Of a stretch of 64,000 nucleotides of DNA, positions 20,995 to 31,310 are shown in pieces. Each line of letters begins with the position of its first letter. Positions within the stretch are counted from its first letter, which is position 1. A program made the translations under genes and the position numbers. The notes under the pieces are model-generated. The model ran no database searches. It saw only the letters and a list, made by a program, of their open reading frames with translations, and was not told where the DNA came from. The DNA lies in assembly GCA_002328405.1 (NCBI GenBank), contig DCXM01000001.1:77735-141734 (forward strand), read 5' to 3'. This stretch comes from Proteobacteria bacterium UBA2136 (GTDB lineage: Bacteria > Pseudomonadota > Alphaproteobacteria > UBA2136).

Positions 20995-21636
20995 TTGGAG
21001 GAATCCCCCATGAAAACATTTTTTATGGCAGTAATTTTAACCATTTTCGCATCTGTTTTTTGTATAAAAAAACTTCAAATAGAATCACAGCAAACAAGCA
21101 CCATCCCAACACCCCAAATTGAAGCCCCTGAAGTGAAGATGCCCGTAATCGACACTTCCAACATGCCCAAAGTTGTGGTTGTTAAAACCAGCTTCAACAC
21201 AGTGGCGCAAGAAATGGAAAAGATGGTCAGTTTAATTTTGTACACGGTGGATGGTGAAAACATCAACCCCGCAACGGAACTTGAAACAGAGCTTGCCAAC
21301 AAGGCTTCCAACCAGTACAAAAAACTGCAAGAAAACATTGCATGGCATAAAAGGCACCAGTTTGGTGAAATACATCGAGCCGCCTTTGACCCAAGCTTTG
21401 CTGAATTTAAAATGAAAGTGGTCAGCGACAATGCACGCAAAGTTCACACTTCACTTGCGTTGTATAAGTCATTCGTCGCCTCCAATTCCTTTGAAGATGA
21501 CGCTGAAAAACAAGCTGTTCAGAAAATTTTAATGAAGCAATTTTCAACCTTGCAAAGTCAGTATCAGGCCATTTTAAGCATGTCCAAACGTGCGGAAAAA
21601 ATGCGCTCTGAAAATCAAAAATATTTTGCGATATAA
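20995..21636 (+). CDS. Hypothetical secreted/periplasmic protein
   Basis: N-terminal hydrophobic signal-like segment and a GGAGG RBS; likely start at Met 21010. Confidence 0.5.
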   Translation: MEESPMKTFFMAVILTIFASVFCIKKLQIESQQTSTIPTPQIEAPEVKMPVIDTSNMPKVVVVKTSFNTVAQEMEKMVSLILYTVDGENINPATELETELANKASNQYKKLQENIAWHKRHQFGEIHRAAFDPSFAEFKMKVVSDNARKVHTSLALYKSFVASNSFEDDAEKQAVQKILMKQFSTLQSQYQAILSMSKRAEKMRSENQKYFAI

Positions 21637-21639
21637 AAA

Positions 21640-21668
21640 TAAAAGCCCTCCAAATTGGAGGGCTTTTT
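21640..21668. terminator. Bidirectional rho-independent terminator between convergent genes
   Basis: AGCCCTCCA aat TGGAGGGCT flanked by an A-run and a T-run. Confidence 0.75.
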
Positions 21669-21683
21669 GTTCGTTAAACAGGT

Positions 21684-22349
21684 CTATACTTCGTTGATTT
21701 GCCAGCCGGTACTTTCATTTGCGAACAAATATGGCGACGCATTTTTGAAAGGGATTTCCACATTTGAATGGCACAAACAAAGCCTTTTAAAAGTGTTTAA
21801 TGCACCGTAATGCCCCACAATCAAAAGCTCTGCGTTCAGTTTTTGTGCTTCAACATAACTTTCACAAATGGCACGATTAACGCGCGCCGTTAAATCAACC
21901 GAATTTTCAGCTTTTAGGCAAAACTCATGCAAATAATCCCAAATTTGGGTATTTGGCTTCGGCAAGCCTTTTTGTTGCGCCAAGGCCATAAAGTCCTTGT
22001 AGGGCATGCAATCTAATGCGCCGCCAAAACGCTCACGCAGGTCATCGTGCGTTTGATAACCCACCAACCTTGCAGTGTTATTTGGATCGCGCTTCGCCTT
22101 GGCTTCCATCACCCGTTTCATAATGTAACCCGTGCGTGAAGCACGCACATAAGGGCTTACCACCATATAAAAGCGTTTGCCAGCCATGGCCGATAACTTA
22201 GCACCAGCCGTTAATGCTTGCTCTTCGCCTAAATCGGTCAGATCGGAATTTATGCAACCATTGGCATGAAACTGTAACAAACCGTTGCGGTTGTTTGGGG
22301 TTTCACCATGACGCACAAAGTAAAATTGTTTTACAGAGTCAATGTTCAT
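21684..22349 (-). CDS. Histidine phosphatase superfamily protein (phosphoglycerate mutase-like)
   Basis: RHGET motif near the N-terminus; 221 aa. Confidence 0.7.
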   Translation of the reverse strand: MNIDSVKQFYFVRHGETPNNRNGLLQFHANGCINSDLTDLGEEQALTAGAKLSAMAGKRFYMVVSPYVRASRTGYIMKRVMEAKAKRDPNNTARLVGYQTHDDLRERFGGALDCMPYKDFMALAQQKGLPKPNTQIWDYLHEFCLKAENSVDLTARVNRAICESYVEAQKLNAELLIVGHYGALNTFKRLCLCHSNVEIPFKNASPYLFANESTGWQINEV

Positions 22350-22452
22350 AAAAGAACCTCATGAAAAGAAAAGGAAATGAATGTGAATTTCCTGTATACG
22401 ATACACGCATTCAAAAAAATGCGCAAGTTATAGAAAAGAGAAACCTTTAAAT

Positions 22453-23382
22453 TTAAGCGGCTTGTGTTTTAGCTTTGCTTAAAACCAACGGTTTGGGGGT
22501 TAAACTACCACCAAGCTGGAAACTTTGAACATGGCTGGCAAGGCCGTTTTCATCCACTTCGGTATAAACACCGCAGATGCTACCCTCACCGCTGGCAATG
22601 TCCCACTTCCAGGTGCTTTTACGGGTGTCAAATTGCTTGTGGAGCATGCAGTCAAGGTCCAACCCCAAAGAAGAAACATAGTCGCCACACATGCCCGCAT
22701 CGGTTTGGTAGGCCGTGCCTTTGGGCTGAACCCGACAGTCCGACGTTGGAATATGCGTGTGCGTGCCCACCACCAATGACGCTTTGCCGTCCCACAGGTG
22801 GCCCATAATGCATTTTTCGCCGGTTGCTTCGGCATGAAAGTCCACCACCATGGCGTCATAATCGGTGCCGAGACGGTTTTCCTTTTGAAAATCTTTCGAA
22901 AACTGAAACGGGCAGTTGACCTTATCGGGCATAAAAACTTGGCCCAGCAGGTTTAACACCGCAATTTTTTTATCGCCCACGTTAAACACACGGTAACCCT
23001 TGCCGTCGGTTTGCATAATGTAATTGGCTGGCACAATAATTTTGCGGTCCATGCGCAACATGTCGTGAATGTCCTTACGGTCAAAGGTGTGGTTGCCCAT
23101 GGTTAAGCAGTGAATCCCTGTGTCATAAAGCTCCTTGGCAATGGCCGCGGTAATGCCTTTGCCACCAGCGGCATTTTCACCGTTGGCAATCACAAAGTCT
23201 GCTTGGGTTTGTTCAATCAATTGGGGCAAATGTTTTTTAACCGCTTCACGGCCGGGTTTCCCCATCACATCCCCTAAAAAGATAATTTTTAACATGCCAA
23301 ACAAACCTTTACTTTTAAAATACAAATCAAAACATAAGTCATTTAGCAGAAATTTCAAGCTTTGTTTGCCCTTTAGCCACAA
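22453..23382 (-). CDS. YmdB-family metallophosphoesterase (TIGR00282, 2',3'-cyclic nucleotide phosphodiesterase-like)
   Basis: IIFLGDVMGKPGR...NGENAAGGKGIT motif. The true start is probably the internal Met at about 23296. Confidence 0.75.
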   Translation of the reverse strand: MWLKGKQSLKFLLNDLCFDLYFKSKGLFGMLKIIFLGDVMGKPGREAVKKHLPQLIEQTQADFVIANGENAAGGKGITAAIAKELYDTGIHCLTMGNHTFDRKDIHDMLRMDRKIIVPANYIMQTDGKGYRVFNVGDKKIAVLNLLGQVFMPDKVNCPFQFSKDFQKENRLGTDYDAMVVDFHAEATGEKCIMGHLWDGKASLVVGTHTHIPTSDCRVQPKGTAYQTDAGMCGDYVSSLGLDLDCMLHKQFDTRKSTWKWDIASGEGSICGVYTEVDENGLASHVQSFQLGGSLTPKPLVLSKAKTQAA

Positions 23383-23415
23383 AAAAAGCCCTTATACAGA
23401 GCTTTTTTGAATCGA

Positions 23416-23811
23416 TTATGGCTTGTGCACTTTAATAGTACACTGCGGCTTAGGTGCTGGCGGAATGGTTATAACACAGTCCGCTTTTGGCAATGAAGCA
23501 TCTTCCACAACCTCCGTTAAAGTTAAGCTGATAATTTTATGGTAGCCGTACAACTTTTCCGCACTGGGTAAAAAGCATTGCATAAACTTTTTAAAGGACT
23601 TTTTGCGCAAAGCCGCCACATTCAAATGAACCAAGCTTTTAATTTCGCCAACGTACATCCGTTTGTCGCAGTTGCCGTCATCTGTCAGCAAAACGTCGCT
23701 TCTATTTTCTAGGCCGATTGTTAAATCAAAGGACATCTCCTCGTCTTTAATCATCCGACCAAGCGTAACATTGAAAGATTTGACCTCAACAGCCAATTGA
23801 TATTTAGGCAT
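23416..23811 (-). CDS. Hypothetical protein
   Basis: 131-aa ORF without recognisable motifs. Confidence 0.35.
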   Translation of the reverse strand: MPKYQLAVEVKSFNVTLGRMIKDEEMSFDLTIGLENRSDVLLTDDGNCDKRMYVGEIKSLVHLNVAALRKKSFKKFMQCFLPSAEKLYGYHKIISLTLTEVVEDASLPKADCVITIPPAPKPQCTIKVHKP

Positions 23812-23900
23812 AAATAAACCTCAAAAAAGGGAAAGAAAGTGTTTTTTCACAGCCCCTTTTTACATCATAGCCAGATGATTTAAAAGTTAATTTTTCTATT

Positions 23901-24488
23901 TTACTTAAAAGACTGTGTCGATTTTTCGGTCACCATCACGTCCAGTGGCACGTCGTGTTCTTCGCCTGCAAACTTGTCACTTTCTTGAAAGGCGTAACCC
24001 ACACCAATTTTAAGAGGCTCATGCTCTTGGCTGGCATAAACCGAAAATGTCCGGTCGTAATAGCCACTGCCATAACCCAATCGGTAACCTTGCTTGTTAT
24101 AGGCCACAACCGGAATGACCACCACGTCCGGCACCACTTGCTCCCCCATGGCGCAGGGAATACCTTCAGCGTCTTTATCCGCCAGTGGCAACATGTCCCA
24201 CGTGTTAAAAATCATCGGCTCACCTTTGCGCAAAACACGGGGCAAACAAACGGTTAAACCACGCATCGTTAACATTTCTGCCAAAAACTTCATGTCAATT
24301 TCTTTGTTGATTGCGGCGTAAAGCGCCACGTTTTGAATGCGCCTTTTTTGGCCAATAATGTCGTTCACCTCTTCGCTAACTTTCAGCATGGCTTGGTGCG
24401 CCATTTCACCTGTCACTTTATAACGCTGGTGGAGCAATGTTTCCCTCAGGTCCAGTTTTGCCAATTGCTCTTGTGTAAGCTTTGCCAT
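23901..24488 (-). CDS. 5-formyltetrahydrofolate cyclo-ligase
   Basis: GYGSGYYDRT motif; 195 aa. Confidence 0.8.
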   Translation of the reverse strand: MAKLTQEQLAKLDLRETLLHQRYKVTGEMAHQAMLKVSEEVNDIIGQKRRIQNVALYAAINKEIDMKFLAEMLTMRGLTVCLPRVLRKGEPMIFNTWDMLPLADKDAEGIPCAMGEQVVPDVVVIPVVAYNKQGYRLGYGSGYYDRTFSVYASQEHEPLKIGVGYAFQESDKFAGEEHDVPLDVMVTEKSTQSFK

Positions 24489-24491
24489 GGG

Positions 24492-24809
24492 TTAAACGCC
24501 TTTATCTTTTAAAAACTGTTCAATTTTTTCGGCCATGGTGTTGTGGAACGCATCGGTTGATTTTTCATGGGTTTCCTTTTGGGTTTGTGTGGTGTAAAAA
24601 TCATCCGCCATCATCATGCCAGCCAAAACCAGCAAGCGGTCACGCTCCATATTCGGGGCAGACTTAACCAACTGCTCCACATAACCGTTCCAAATTTCTG
24701 CCACATGGGTCACACGGTTTTCTTGCCCGTCTTCCACCTGCATGCGGTAGGGTTTACGGCCAACTTTTACTTCAATTTCACGGGGCATTTTATTTGCTTC
24801 CCTTTTCAA
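24492..24809 (-). CDS. zapA: Cell division protein ZapA
   Basis: 105 aa with the ZapA pattern; zapA-ygfA adjacency as in many proteobacteria. Confidence 0.6.
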   Translation of the reverse strand: MKREANKMPREIEVKVGRKPYRMQVEDGQENRVTHVAEIWNGYVEQLVKSAPNMERDRLLVLAGMMMADDFYTTQTQKETHEKSTDAFHNTMAEKIEQFLKDKGV

Positions 24810-24996
24810 TTTTGGTAATAATTTTATCTAATTTCTTTGAAGCCTCTTTGTGCTTTTCCTTCAAAGCTTTGTTTTCATGCATCAAGGTTTTAAGTTTGTC
24901 ACCTTCTTTGCCGCCAAGGGCCATGACCGCTTCACTGTCCTTTAGGTAATTTTCAAGCTTTTCAAATGCTTGTTCTAAACGTTTGGCACCGTCCAT
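24790..24996 (-). CDS. Small coiled-coil protein, ZauP-like ZapA partner (putative)
   Basis: 68-aa charged coiled-coil protein immediately upstream of zapA, as described for alphaproteobacterial zauP. Confidence 0.4.
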   Translation of the reverse strand: MDGAKRLEQAFEKLENYLKDSEAVMALGGKEGDKLKTLMHENKALKEKHKEASKKLDKIITKIEKGSK

Positions 24997-25149
24997 GATA
25001 TGATCACCCTTTGCACTACATTTTTGTTTAAATATTCTCGCTCGTTAGGTCATCATGTTAGCGTTAAAAATCAACTTTGTCATGAATAAAAACTTCTTTT
25101 AAAGGGTAAAAAAGTGTACCCTATTGACATAATAAAAACATTGTAGGAA

Positions 25150-27168
25150 ATGCAAGATATGCTCAATTATCATGACATGGCGAACGCCGTCCGATTTTTA
25201 TCCATTGATGCGGTTCAAAAAGCCAACAGTGGCCACCCTGGTATGCCCATGGGCATGGCCGAAATTGGCACCGCTTTGTTTAGCGAATTTTTAAACCACA
25301 ACCCGCAGGACCCCAAATGGCCAAACCGCGACCGTTTTGTGCTTTCCAACGGTCATGGTTCCATGTTGCTTTACAGTTTGCTTCACCTCACCGGTTATGA
25401 CATGAGCATGGATGATCTTAAAAACTTCCGCCAATTACACAGCAAAACTGCCGGCCACCCCGAATATGGCTATGCCGACGGCATTGAAACCACTACAGGG
25501 CCATTGGGTCAGGGTGTGGCCAACGCAGTGGGCATGGCGATTGCGCAAAAACTTTCCGCCGCGCGCTATGGTGACGATATTTTCAACCACTACACCTACG
25601 TCAGCGTTGGTGACGGTTGTTTGATGGAAGGCATTTCCCACGAAGCGTTGGAGCTGGCGGGCCACATGCAACTCAACAAGTTGGTGGTGCTGTTTGACGA
25701 TAACAACATTTGCATTGATGGTGAAGTTTCCAACACATCATCCACCGACGTGATTAAGCGTATGCAGTCCTACGGATTTGACACTTTCAGCTGTGATGGC
25801 CACAACATTGAAACGGTGATAAAAACCATCGAAGAAGCGAGAAAAAGCGCCAAACCTGCGTTCATCGCCTTTAAAACACACATTGGTTTTGGCAGTGAAA
25901 AAGTGGTGGATACTTCCGCCGCCCACGGCAGCCCCCTTGGCGACGACGAAATTGCAAAAGTCCGCCAAAAGCTGGGGTGGGACCATGCACCGTTTATGGT
26001 ACCCAACCACGTTTATGACCATTTTGCCCATGGCACAGCCCGCGGCAAAAAAGCCTATAAAGCGTGGCAACAAAAAGTGGAAGCGTTGGACCCTGCCCTG
26101 CAAGCCGAATTGAAGCGCACCCAAGCCGGCACTTTAAACGAAAGTTTAAACCAAGCACTTATTGACTTTAAAAAGCAAACCGCACAAGCGGCTGAAAAAG
26201 TTGCCACAAGGAAAGCCAGCGGCAACACCCTTGAAGTGATTGCCCAGCAAGTGCCAGAGCTGATCAGCGGCAGTGCCGACCTGACAGGCTCGGTCAACAC
26301 CAAAACATCCACTATGAAAGCCATTACCCCAAGCGACTTTAGCGGTCACTACCTTCATTACGGTGTGCGGGAACATGCCATGGCCGCCATTATGAACGGC
26401 TTGGCCTTGTATGGCGGATTCATCCCCACCTCGGGCACATTTATGAGCTTTTTGGACTACTTAAAGCCGTCGCTCCGCCTCAGCGCTTTAATGGGCTTGC
26501 GGGTTATTTATGTCCTCACTCATGACAGCATTGGCCTTGGCGAAGATGGCCCAACCCACCAACCGGTGGAACAACTGGCCACCAGCCGTGCCACACCCAA
26601 CACCCTCACCTTCCGCCCTTGCGACCAAGTGGAAACGGCAGAATGTTGGCAACTGGCTTTAAGCCACAACAAAACCCCATCGGTGATGAGCTTAACCCGC
26701 CAAGGTTTGGCTTGCCTGCGCACCGAACATAGCGACGAGAATTTATCCAGCAAAGGGGCTTACATATTAAAAGGCCATGATGACAACAGCACCGACGCCA
26801 TCATCATCGCCACAGGCAGCGAAGTTGAAATTGCAGTTCAAGCACGTAATATGTTGAAAAAGTCGGGCATCAACGCCCGTGTGGTCAGCATGCCTTGTAT
26901 GGAACTTTTTGACCAACAAAGCAGCGACTATCAAAACAAAGTGCTTCCAGCCGAAGTTTCCATCCGTGTTGCGGTGGAAGCCGCTGCCGAACTGGGCTGG
27001 CATAAATACATTGGCCACCACGGTGCATTTGTAGGCATGAGCCAAAACGGTCAAAGCATTTTTGGTGCTTCCGCCCCAGCGGTTGACCTTTACAACCATT
27101 TTGGCATCACCGCGGACAATATCACCCAAATTGTGTTGGGTAAAATTAAAGCAAAAGCCGAAAAATAA
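25150..27168 (+). CDS. tkt: Transketolase
   Basis: 672 aa with the SGHPGMPMG thiamine-diphosphate motif region. Confidence 0.95.
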   Translation: MQDMLNYHDMANAVRFLSIDAVQKANSGHPGMPMGMAEIGTALFSEFLNHNPQDPKWPNRDRFVLSNGHGSMLLYSLLHLTGYDMSMDDLKNFRQLHSKTAGHPEYGYADGIETTTGPLGQGVANAVGMAIAQKLSAARYGDDIFNHYTYVSVGDGCLMEGISHEALELAGHMQLNKLVVLFDDNNICIDGEVSNTSSTDVIKRMQSYGFDTFSCDGHNIETVIKTIEEARKSAKPAFIAFKTHIGFGSEKVVDTSAAHGSPLGDDEIAKVRQKLGWDHAPFMVPNHVYDHFAHGTARGKKAYKAWQQKVEALDPALQAELKRTQAGTLNESLNQALIDFKKQTAQAAEKVATRKASGNTLEVIAQQVPELISGSADLTGSVNTKTSTMKAITPSDFSGHYLHYGVREHAMAAIMNGLALYGGFIPTSGTFMSFLDYLKPSLRLSALMGLRVIYVLTHDSIGLGEDGPTHQPVEQLATSRATPNTLTFRPCDQVETAECWQLALSHNKTPSVMSLTRQGLACLRTEHSDENLSSKGAYILKGHDDNSTDAIIIATGSEVEIAVQARNMLKKSGINARVVSMPCMELFDQQSSDYQNKVLPAEVSIRVAVEAAAELGWHKYIGHHGAFVGMSQNGQSIFGASAPAVDLYNHFGITADNITQIVLGKIKAKAEK

Positions 27169-27204
27169 ATTTAAAAAGACTGACAAAAGAAAAAGGAAAA
27201 TAAC

Positions 27205-28242
27205 ATGACAATTAAAGTAGCTATCAACGGTTTTGGTCGCATTGGCCGTGCCATCTTCCGCTCTTACTTTGAAGAAGAACGTGGCGATGTGGAAATTGTG
27301 GCGGTGAATGACCTTTCACCGTTTAAAACAAGCTTGCACTTGCTTAAATATGACTCTGTCCATGGTCCATTCAACGCATGGATTGACTGGGAAGAAGACC
27401 ATGACGCTAAAACCGTGAACATTGACGGTCAGGACATTCAATTTTTTGCCGAGCGTGACCCAAAAAACCTGCCATGGCAAGAATTGGGTGTGGACGTTGT
27501 GCTGGAATGCACAGGCGTTTTCCGTGACAAGTCTAAATGCCAAGCCCACATTGACGCAGGTGCTAAAAAAGTGATTATCAGCGCCCCAGGCGGTGAAGAC
27601 GTGGACGCCACCGTTGTTTACGGCGTGAACCACACCACTTTAAAAGCTAGCGACACCGTTATTTCCAACGCATCATGCACCACCAACTGCTTGGCACCCA
27701 TTGCCAAAGTTTTAAACGACGCCATTGGCATTGAAAAAGGTTTGATGACCACCATTCACGCCTATACAGCGGATCAAAACTTGGTGGACGGCCCTCACAG
27801 TGACCTACGCCGTGCCCGTGCAGGTGCCTTGTCGATGATCCCAACCTCCACCGGTGCGGCCAAGGCCGTTGGCTTGGTGTTGCCAGAACTCAAAGGCAAG
27901 CTAGATGGTTACGCCATGCGTGTGCCAACACCAAACGTCAGCGTGGTGGACTTAACCTTCACCGCCAAAAAACCAACCACGGTGGAAGAAGTGAACGCCG
28001 CCATTGAAGCTTACGTTGAAAAACAGGACGAAAACGGCGACCCCGAAGTTTTGGTTTACACCAACCAGCCGCTTGTTTCATCGGACTTTAACCACACGCC
28101 ATTTTCAAGCGCTTTTGACATGAGCGAAACCCGTGTCAGCGAAGATGGCACCTTGGTAAAAGTGCTTTCATGGTATGACAACGAGTGGGGCTTTTCCAAC
28201 CGAATGCTGGATACAGCCGTGTACTTTGGTAACCTTAAATAA
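27205..28242 (+). CDS. gap: Glyceraldehyde-3-phosphate dehydrogenase
   Basis: INGFGRIGR and SCTTNCLAP motifs. Confidence 0.95.
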   Translation: MTIKVAINGFGRIGRAIFRSYFEEERGDVEIVAVNDLSPFKTSLHLLKYDSVHGPFNAWIDWEEDHDAKTVNIDGQDIQFFAERDPKNLPWQELGVDVVLECTGVFRDKSKCQAHIDAGAKKVIISAPGGEDVDATVVYGVNHTTLKASDTVISNASCTTNCLAPIAKVLNDAIGIEKGLMTTIHAYTADQNLVDGPHSDLRRARAGALSMIPTSTGAAKAVGLVLPELKGKLDGYAMRVPTPNVSVVDLTFTAKKPTTVEEVNAAIEAYVEKQDENGDPEVLVYTNQPLVSSDFNHTPFSSAFDMSETRVSEDGTLVKVLSWYDNEWGFSNRMLDTAVYFGNLK

Positions 28243-28261
28243 CCAACAATGAAGTGGAGAT

Positions 28262-29428
28262 GTGATGAAAACATTAAAAGATATTCATGCCCTTTATGAT
28301 AAAAAAGTGCTGATGCGTGTGGACTTTAACGTGCCCTTTTACGAAAGTGGCAACATTGCAGATGACAGTCGCATTCGTGCCCACATCCCCACCATTGAAT
28401 ACCTGATCAAAGCGGGGGCGAAGGTGGCGCTGATCAGCCACCTTGGCAACCCCGAACAAAGCCTACAACCCGTGGCGGAAAGGTTATCTGTTTTACTTAA
28501 AGACGCTGTTACCTTTATTGGCGACTGTTTAAGCCACCACACCTTTAAAACCATGGACAACTTGGGCGAAGGTTGCGTGGTTTTGCTGGAAAATACCCGT
28601 GCCTACGAGGAAGAAAAAAACAACGACCCTGACTTTGCGCAAAAACTGGCCAAAGGTTTTGATATTTACATCAACGATGCCTTTGCCACAGCGCACCGCA
28701 AACATGCCTCCACCTACGGCGTGGCACAGTTTATTGAAAAAAAATGCGCTGGCTTGTTGATGCAAACTGAAGTGGAAACCCTTAGTAAAGTGATGCAAAA
28801 GCCCAGCAAACCCTTTGTGGTGATGATTGGCGGTGCCAAAGTTTCCAGCAAGTTGGGCGTGCTTAAAAGTTTGGCGCAAAAGGCCGACACCATGCTGATT
28901 GGCGGTGCCATGGCCAACACCTTTTTAAAAGCAACGGGTGTGGACATTGGCCAATCTTTGTATGAAGAAAATATGCTGCAGGAAGCTTTACAAGTTTTGC
29001 AAATGGCCAACCAACACAACTGTAAAGTGATTTTGCCTTCCGATGCCACCGTGGCCGAAAAATTGGAAGCCGGCGTCCCCACCCAAAACCCCAGCATCAA
29101 TGATGTACCCGAAAACATGATGATTCTGGACATTGGCAAACACACCCAAGCGGTGTGGGCGGAAACCATTAAGGATTCTGCCACCGTGTTGTGGAACGGC
29201 CCTTGCGGCGTTTTTGAAATTGAACCTTTCCACCTTGGCACCAAAGCGGTAGCGCAAGCCGTTGCCAAAGCCCATGCCTTTACCGTTCTTGGCGGGGGCG
29301 ACACCTTGCACGCGGCAGAAATTTTCAATGTTAAAGGCGACATTGACTATGTTTCCACCGGCGGTGGCGCATTGCTGGCGTTTATGGAAGGTCAAACCCT
29401 GCCCGCCATTGAAGCCTTGAGCAGCTAA
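28262..29428 (+). CDS. pgk: Phosphoglycerate kinase
   Basis: 388 aa with PGK signature regions; tkt-gap-pgk synteny. Confidence 0.95.
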   Translation: MMKTLKDIHALYDKKVLMRVDFNVPFYESGNIADDSRIRAHIPTIEYLIKAGAKVALISHLGNPEQSLQPVAERLSVLLKDAVTFIGDCLSHHTFKTMDNLGEGCVVLLENTRAYEEEKNNDPDFAQKLAKGFDIYINDAFATAHRKHASTYGVAQFIEKKCAGLLMQTEVETLSKVMQKPSKPFVVMIGGAKVSSKLGVLKSLAQKADTMLIGGAMANTFLKATGVDIGQSLYEENMLQEALQVLQMANQHNCKVILPSDATVAEKLEAGVPTQNPSINDVPENMMILDIGKHTQAVWAETIKDSATVLWNGPCGVFEIEPFHLGTKAVAQAVAKAHAFTVLGGGDTLHAAEIFNVKGDIDYVSTGGGALLAFMEGQTLPAIEALSS

Positions 29429-29449
29429 AAAACATGGCGCACAACAACC

Positions 29450-29481
29450 AAAAAAAAAGCCCCGTTACAGGGGCTTTTTTA
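29450..29481. terminator. Bidirectional rho-independent terminator between pgk and mnmA
   Basis: A8, then AGCCCC gttaca GGGGCT, then T6. Confidence 0.8.
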
Positions 29482-29501
29482 TGTTTGATATTTCACTTGT
29501 G

Positions 29502-30692
29502 TTAAGCAATTTTTACGCGGACTTTTTGGTTCAGTTTTGAAGCTTCTGGCACTTCAATCCAACCGCCACCAACCATACGGTCATCTACATAAAACACCGC
29601 GGCTTGACCAGGGGAAATTTGATAAGCTGGCGCATGCATGGTCACTTCCAAGCGGCCGTCGCCCAAGTCTTTCAGGGTTGAAGGCGCACCTTGGTGGGCG
29701 TAACGCACTTGGGTGTCCACCTCCAAGTTGTCCATTTCAATGGTGTTGTCAATCCAGTCCACCTCTTTGACTGTAAAGGTTGTTTTGGATAAACTTTCCT
29801 TTGGTCCCAGCACAACTTCACGTGCTTCGGGGCGAATTTCCACCACATACATCGGCTTTGAAAAACCACCGCCAAGGCCTTTGCGCTGACCCACAGTAAA
29901 ACCAAGAATCCCATCATGGCGACCCAGCACTTGGCCGTCTTCGTCCACAAAATTACCACCTTTGACGGCGTGCGGTGCGTGCTTCCGCACGACTTTGCGG
30001 TAGTCCCCACCGGGTACAAAGCAAATGTCCTGACTGTCCTTTTTTGAAGCCACATGCAAGCCAAGCTCCTTGGCAAGGTCGCGTGTTTCTTCCTTGGTGA
30101 GCTGGCCAAGCGGAAAGTCACTAAACTCCAACTGTTCTTGGGTTGTGGTGAACAAAAAGTAGCTTTGGTCTTTTTTAGGGTCCAAACCACGGCGCAAAAT
30201 GGCCTTGCCGTTTTGGTCATAGTCTTTACGAATGTAATGACCGGTTACCAACACATCGGCGCCAAGGCCTTTGGCTTTGTCCATAAAGCTGTCAAACTTA
30301 ATGCGTTGGTTGCAACGCACACAAGGAATCGGTGTTGCGCCGGCAAGGTAAGTTTCAACAAAGTCATCCACCACGGCGGACTTAAATTCACTTTCATAAT
30401 TCAGCACATAATGCGGCACACCAATGGTTTGGCACACACGTCTGGCGTCGTAAACATCGTCCAGCGCACAGCAAGTGCCAAATTTTTTCGCTTCACCTTC
30501 CACCGCTTGCGACGCAGGCGTATAGTCCCAAAGTTGCAGGGTAATGCCAATCACGTTATAGCCCAGTTTGTGCAACAACGCCGTGCAAACAGAGGAATCC
30601 ACCCCACCGCTCATGGCCACAACAACAGTGGTTTCGGCTGGGGTTTTGTTTGCCACCAATGGCTTAATCTGAATTTTATCTAAAATAGTCAT
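29502..30692 (-). CDS. mnmA: tRNA-specific 2-thiouridylase MnmA
   Basis: SGGVDSSV PP-loop; 396 aa. Confidence 0.95.
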   Translation of the reverse strand: MTILDKIQIKPLVANKTPAETTVVVAMSGGVDSSVCTALLHKLGYNVIGITLQLWDYTPASQAVEGEAKKFGTCCALDDVYDARRVCQTIGVPHYVLNYESEFKSAVVDDFVETYLAGATPIPCVRCNQRIKFDSFMDKAKGLGADVLVTGHYIRKDYDQNGKAILRRGLDPKKDQSYFLFTTTQEQLEFSDFPLGQLTKEETRDLAKELGLHVASKKDSQDICFVPGGDYRKVVRKHAPHAVKGGNFVDEDGQVLGRHDGILGFTVGQRKGLGGGFSKPMYVVEIRPEAREVVLGPKESLSKTTFTVKEVDWIDNTIEMDNLEVDTQVRYAHQGAPSTLKDLGDGRLEVTMHAPAYQISPGQAAVFYVDDRMVGGGWIEVPEASKLNQKVRVKIA

Positions 30693-30748
30693 AGCCGTTA
30701 TATAGAACGAATACTTGACAAATTCAAGGGGTTTTTAAGTTAAAACAC

Positions 30749-30772
30749 AAAAAAAGCCCCCAAATTGGAGGC
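30749..30772 (-). terminator. Rho-independent terminator on the minus strand, downstream of the 138-aa gene
   Basis: Minus-strand hairpin GCCTCC aattt GGGGGC followed by U7. Confidence 0.6.
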
Positions 30773-30781
30773 AAATCGCTA

Positions 30782-31198
30782 TCAGCTTTTAGGAATTAAA
30801 AATTCCCACTCGGCAACTTTGCTTAAAATAAACTGGCAAGCTTTGCTTTGCTGGGGGTAAAAAGCCCGCCCCTTAAAGCTGTGGTAAGGCAACGCCATAT
30901 CATGCGGAAATTGAGGCCTAGACGGGTCCACCACGGTGCCACAGCCCAACTGCAACGCCCAGTGGCTTACCATTTCACCGCGGAAGTTGATTTTTTGCTG
31001 AATGGCTTTCACTTCCACATTTGGCGCATGTTTTTGAATAAGGTGATAAACAGCCTCCGCCATGGGGTAACACAAACCAAAGGTTGGATGGTCGCCCACT
31101 TGTTTAAGCTTGGCATATTGAGGGTGAATAATTTGACTGGCGTGATTGCCGGCCGCACGTTCAACAAATTGAACAAGAGTGTTTACAACTGGTGGCAT
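30782..31198 (-). CDS. Hypothetical protein at the end of the isc operon
   Basis: 138-aa ORF with no recognised motifs, followed by a terminator. Confidence 0.5.
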   Translation of the reverse strand: MPPVVNTLVQFVERAAGNHASQIIHPQYAKLKQVGDHPTFGLCYPMAEAVYHLIQKHAPNVEVKAIQQKINFRGEMVSHWALQLGCGTVVDPSRPQFPHDMALPYHSFKGRAFYPQQSKACQFILSKVAEWEFLIPKS

Positions 31199-31310
31199 AA
31201 AAATACCTCACATAAGAAGGTGCAAAATTTGTTAGGAAAAAGTGTAAGTGATCAATCCACTTTAACTTAAAGCATACAACCTTAAAATTCAACCACCAGT
31301 TTTTAAAAAA

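Noticed and set aside
24488-24492. Expected position of 6S RNA (ssrS) between zapA and the 5-FTHF cyclo-ligase gene
   Set aside because: Only 3 nt separate the two genes. The 89-bp spacer downstream (23812..23900) is too short for a 6S RNA of about 180 nt.
28714-29343. Long antisense ORFs inside pgk, and similarly 60866..61816 inside uvrA and 19711..20136 inside the spoVR-like gene
   Set aside because: They lie wholly within strongly supported genes on the opposite strand, and their Pro/Ala/Arg-rich composition is typical of antisense frames of GC-richer genes.
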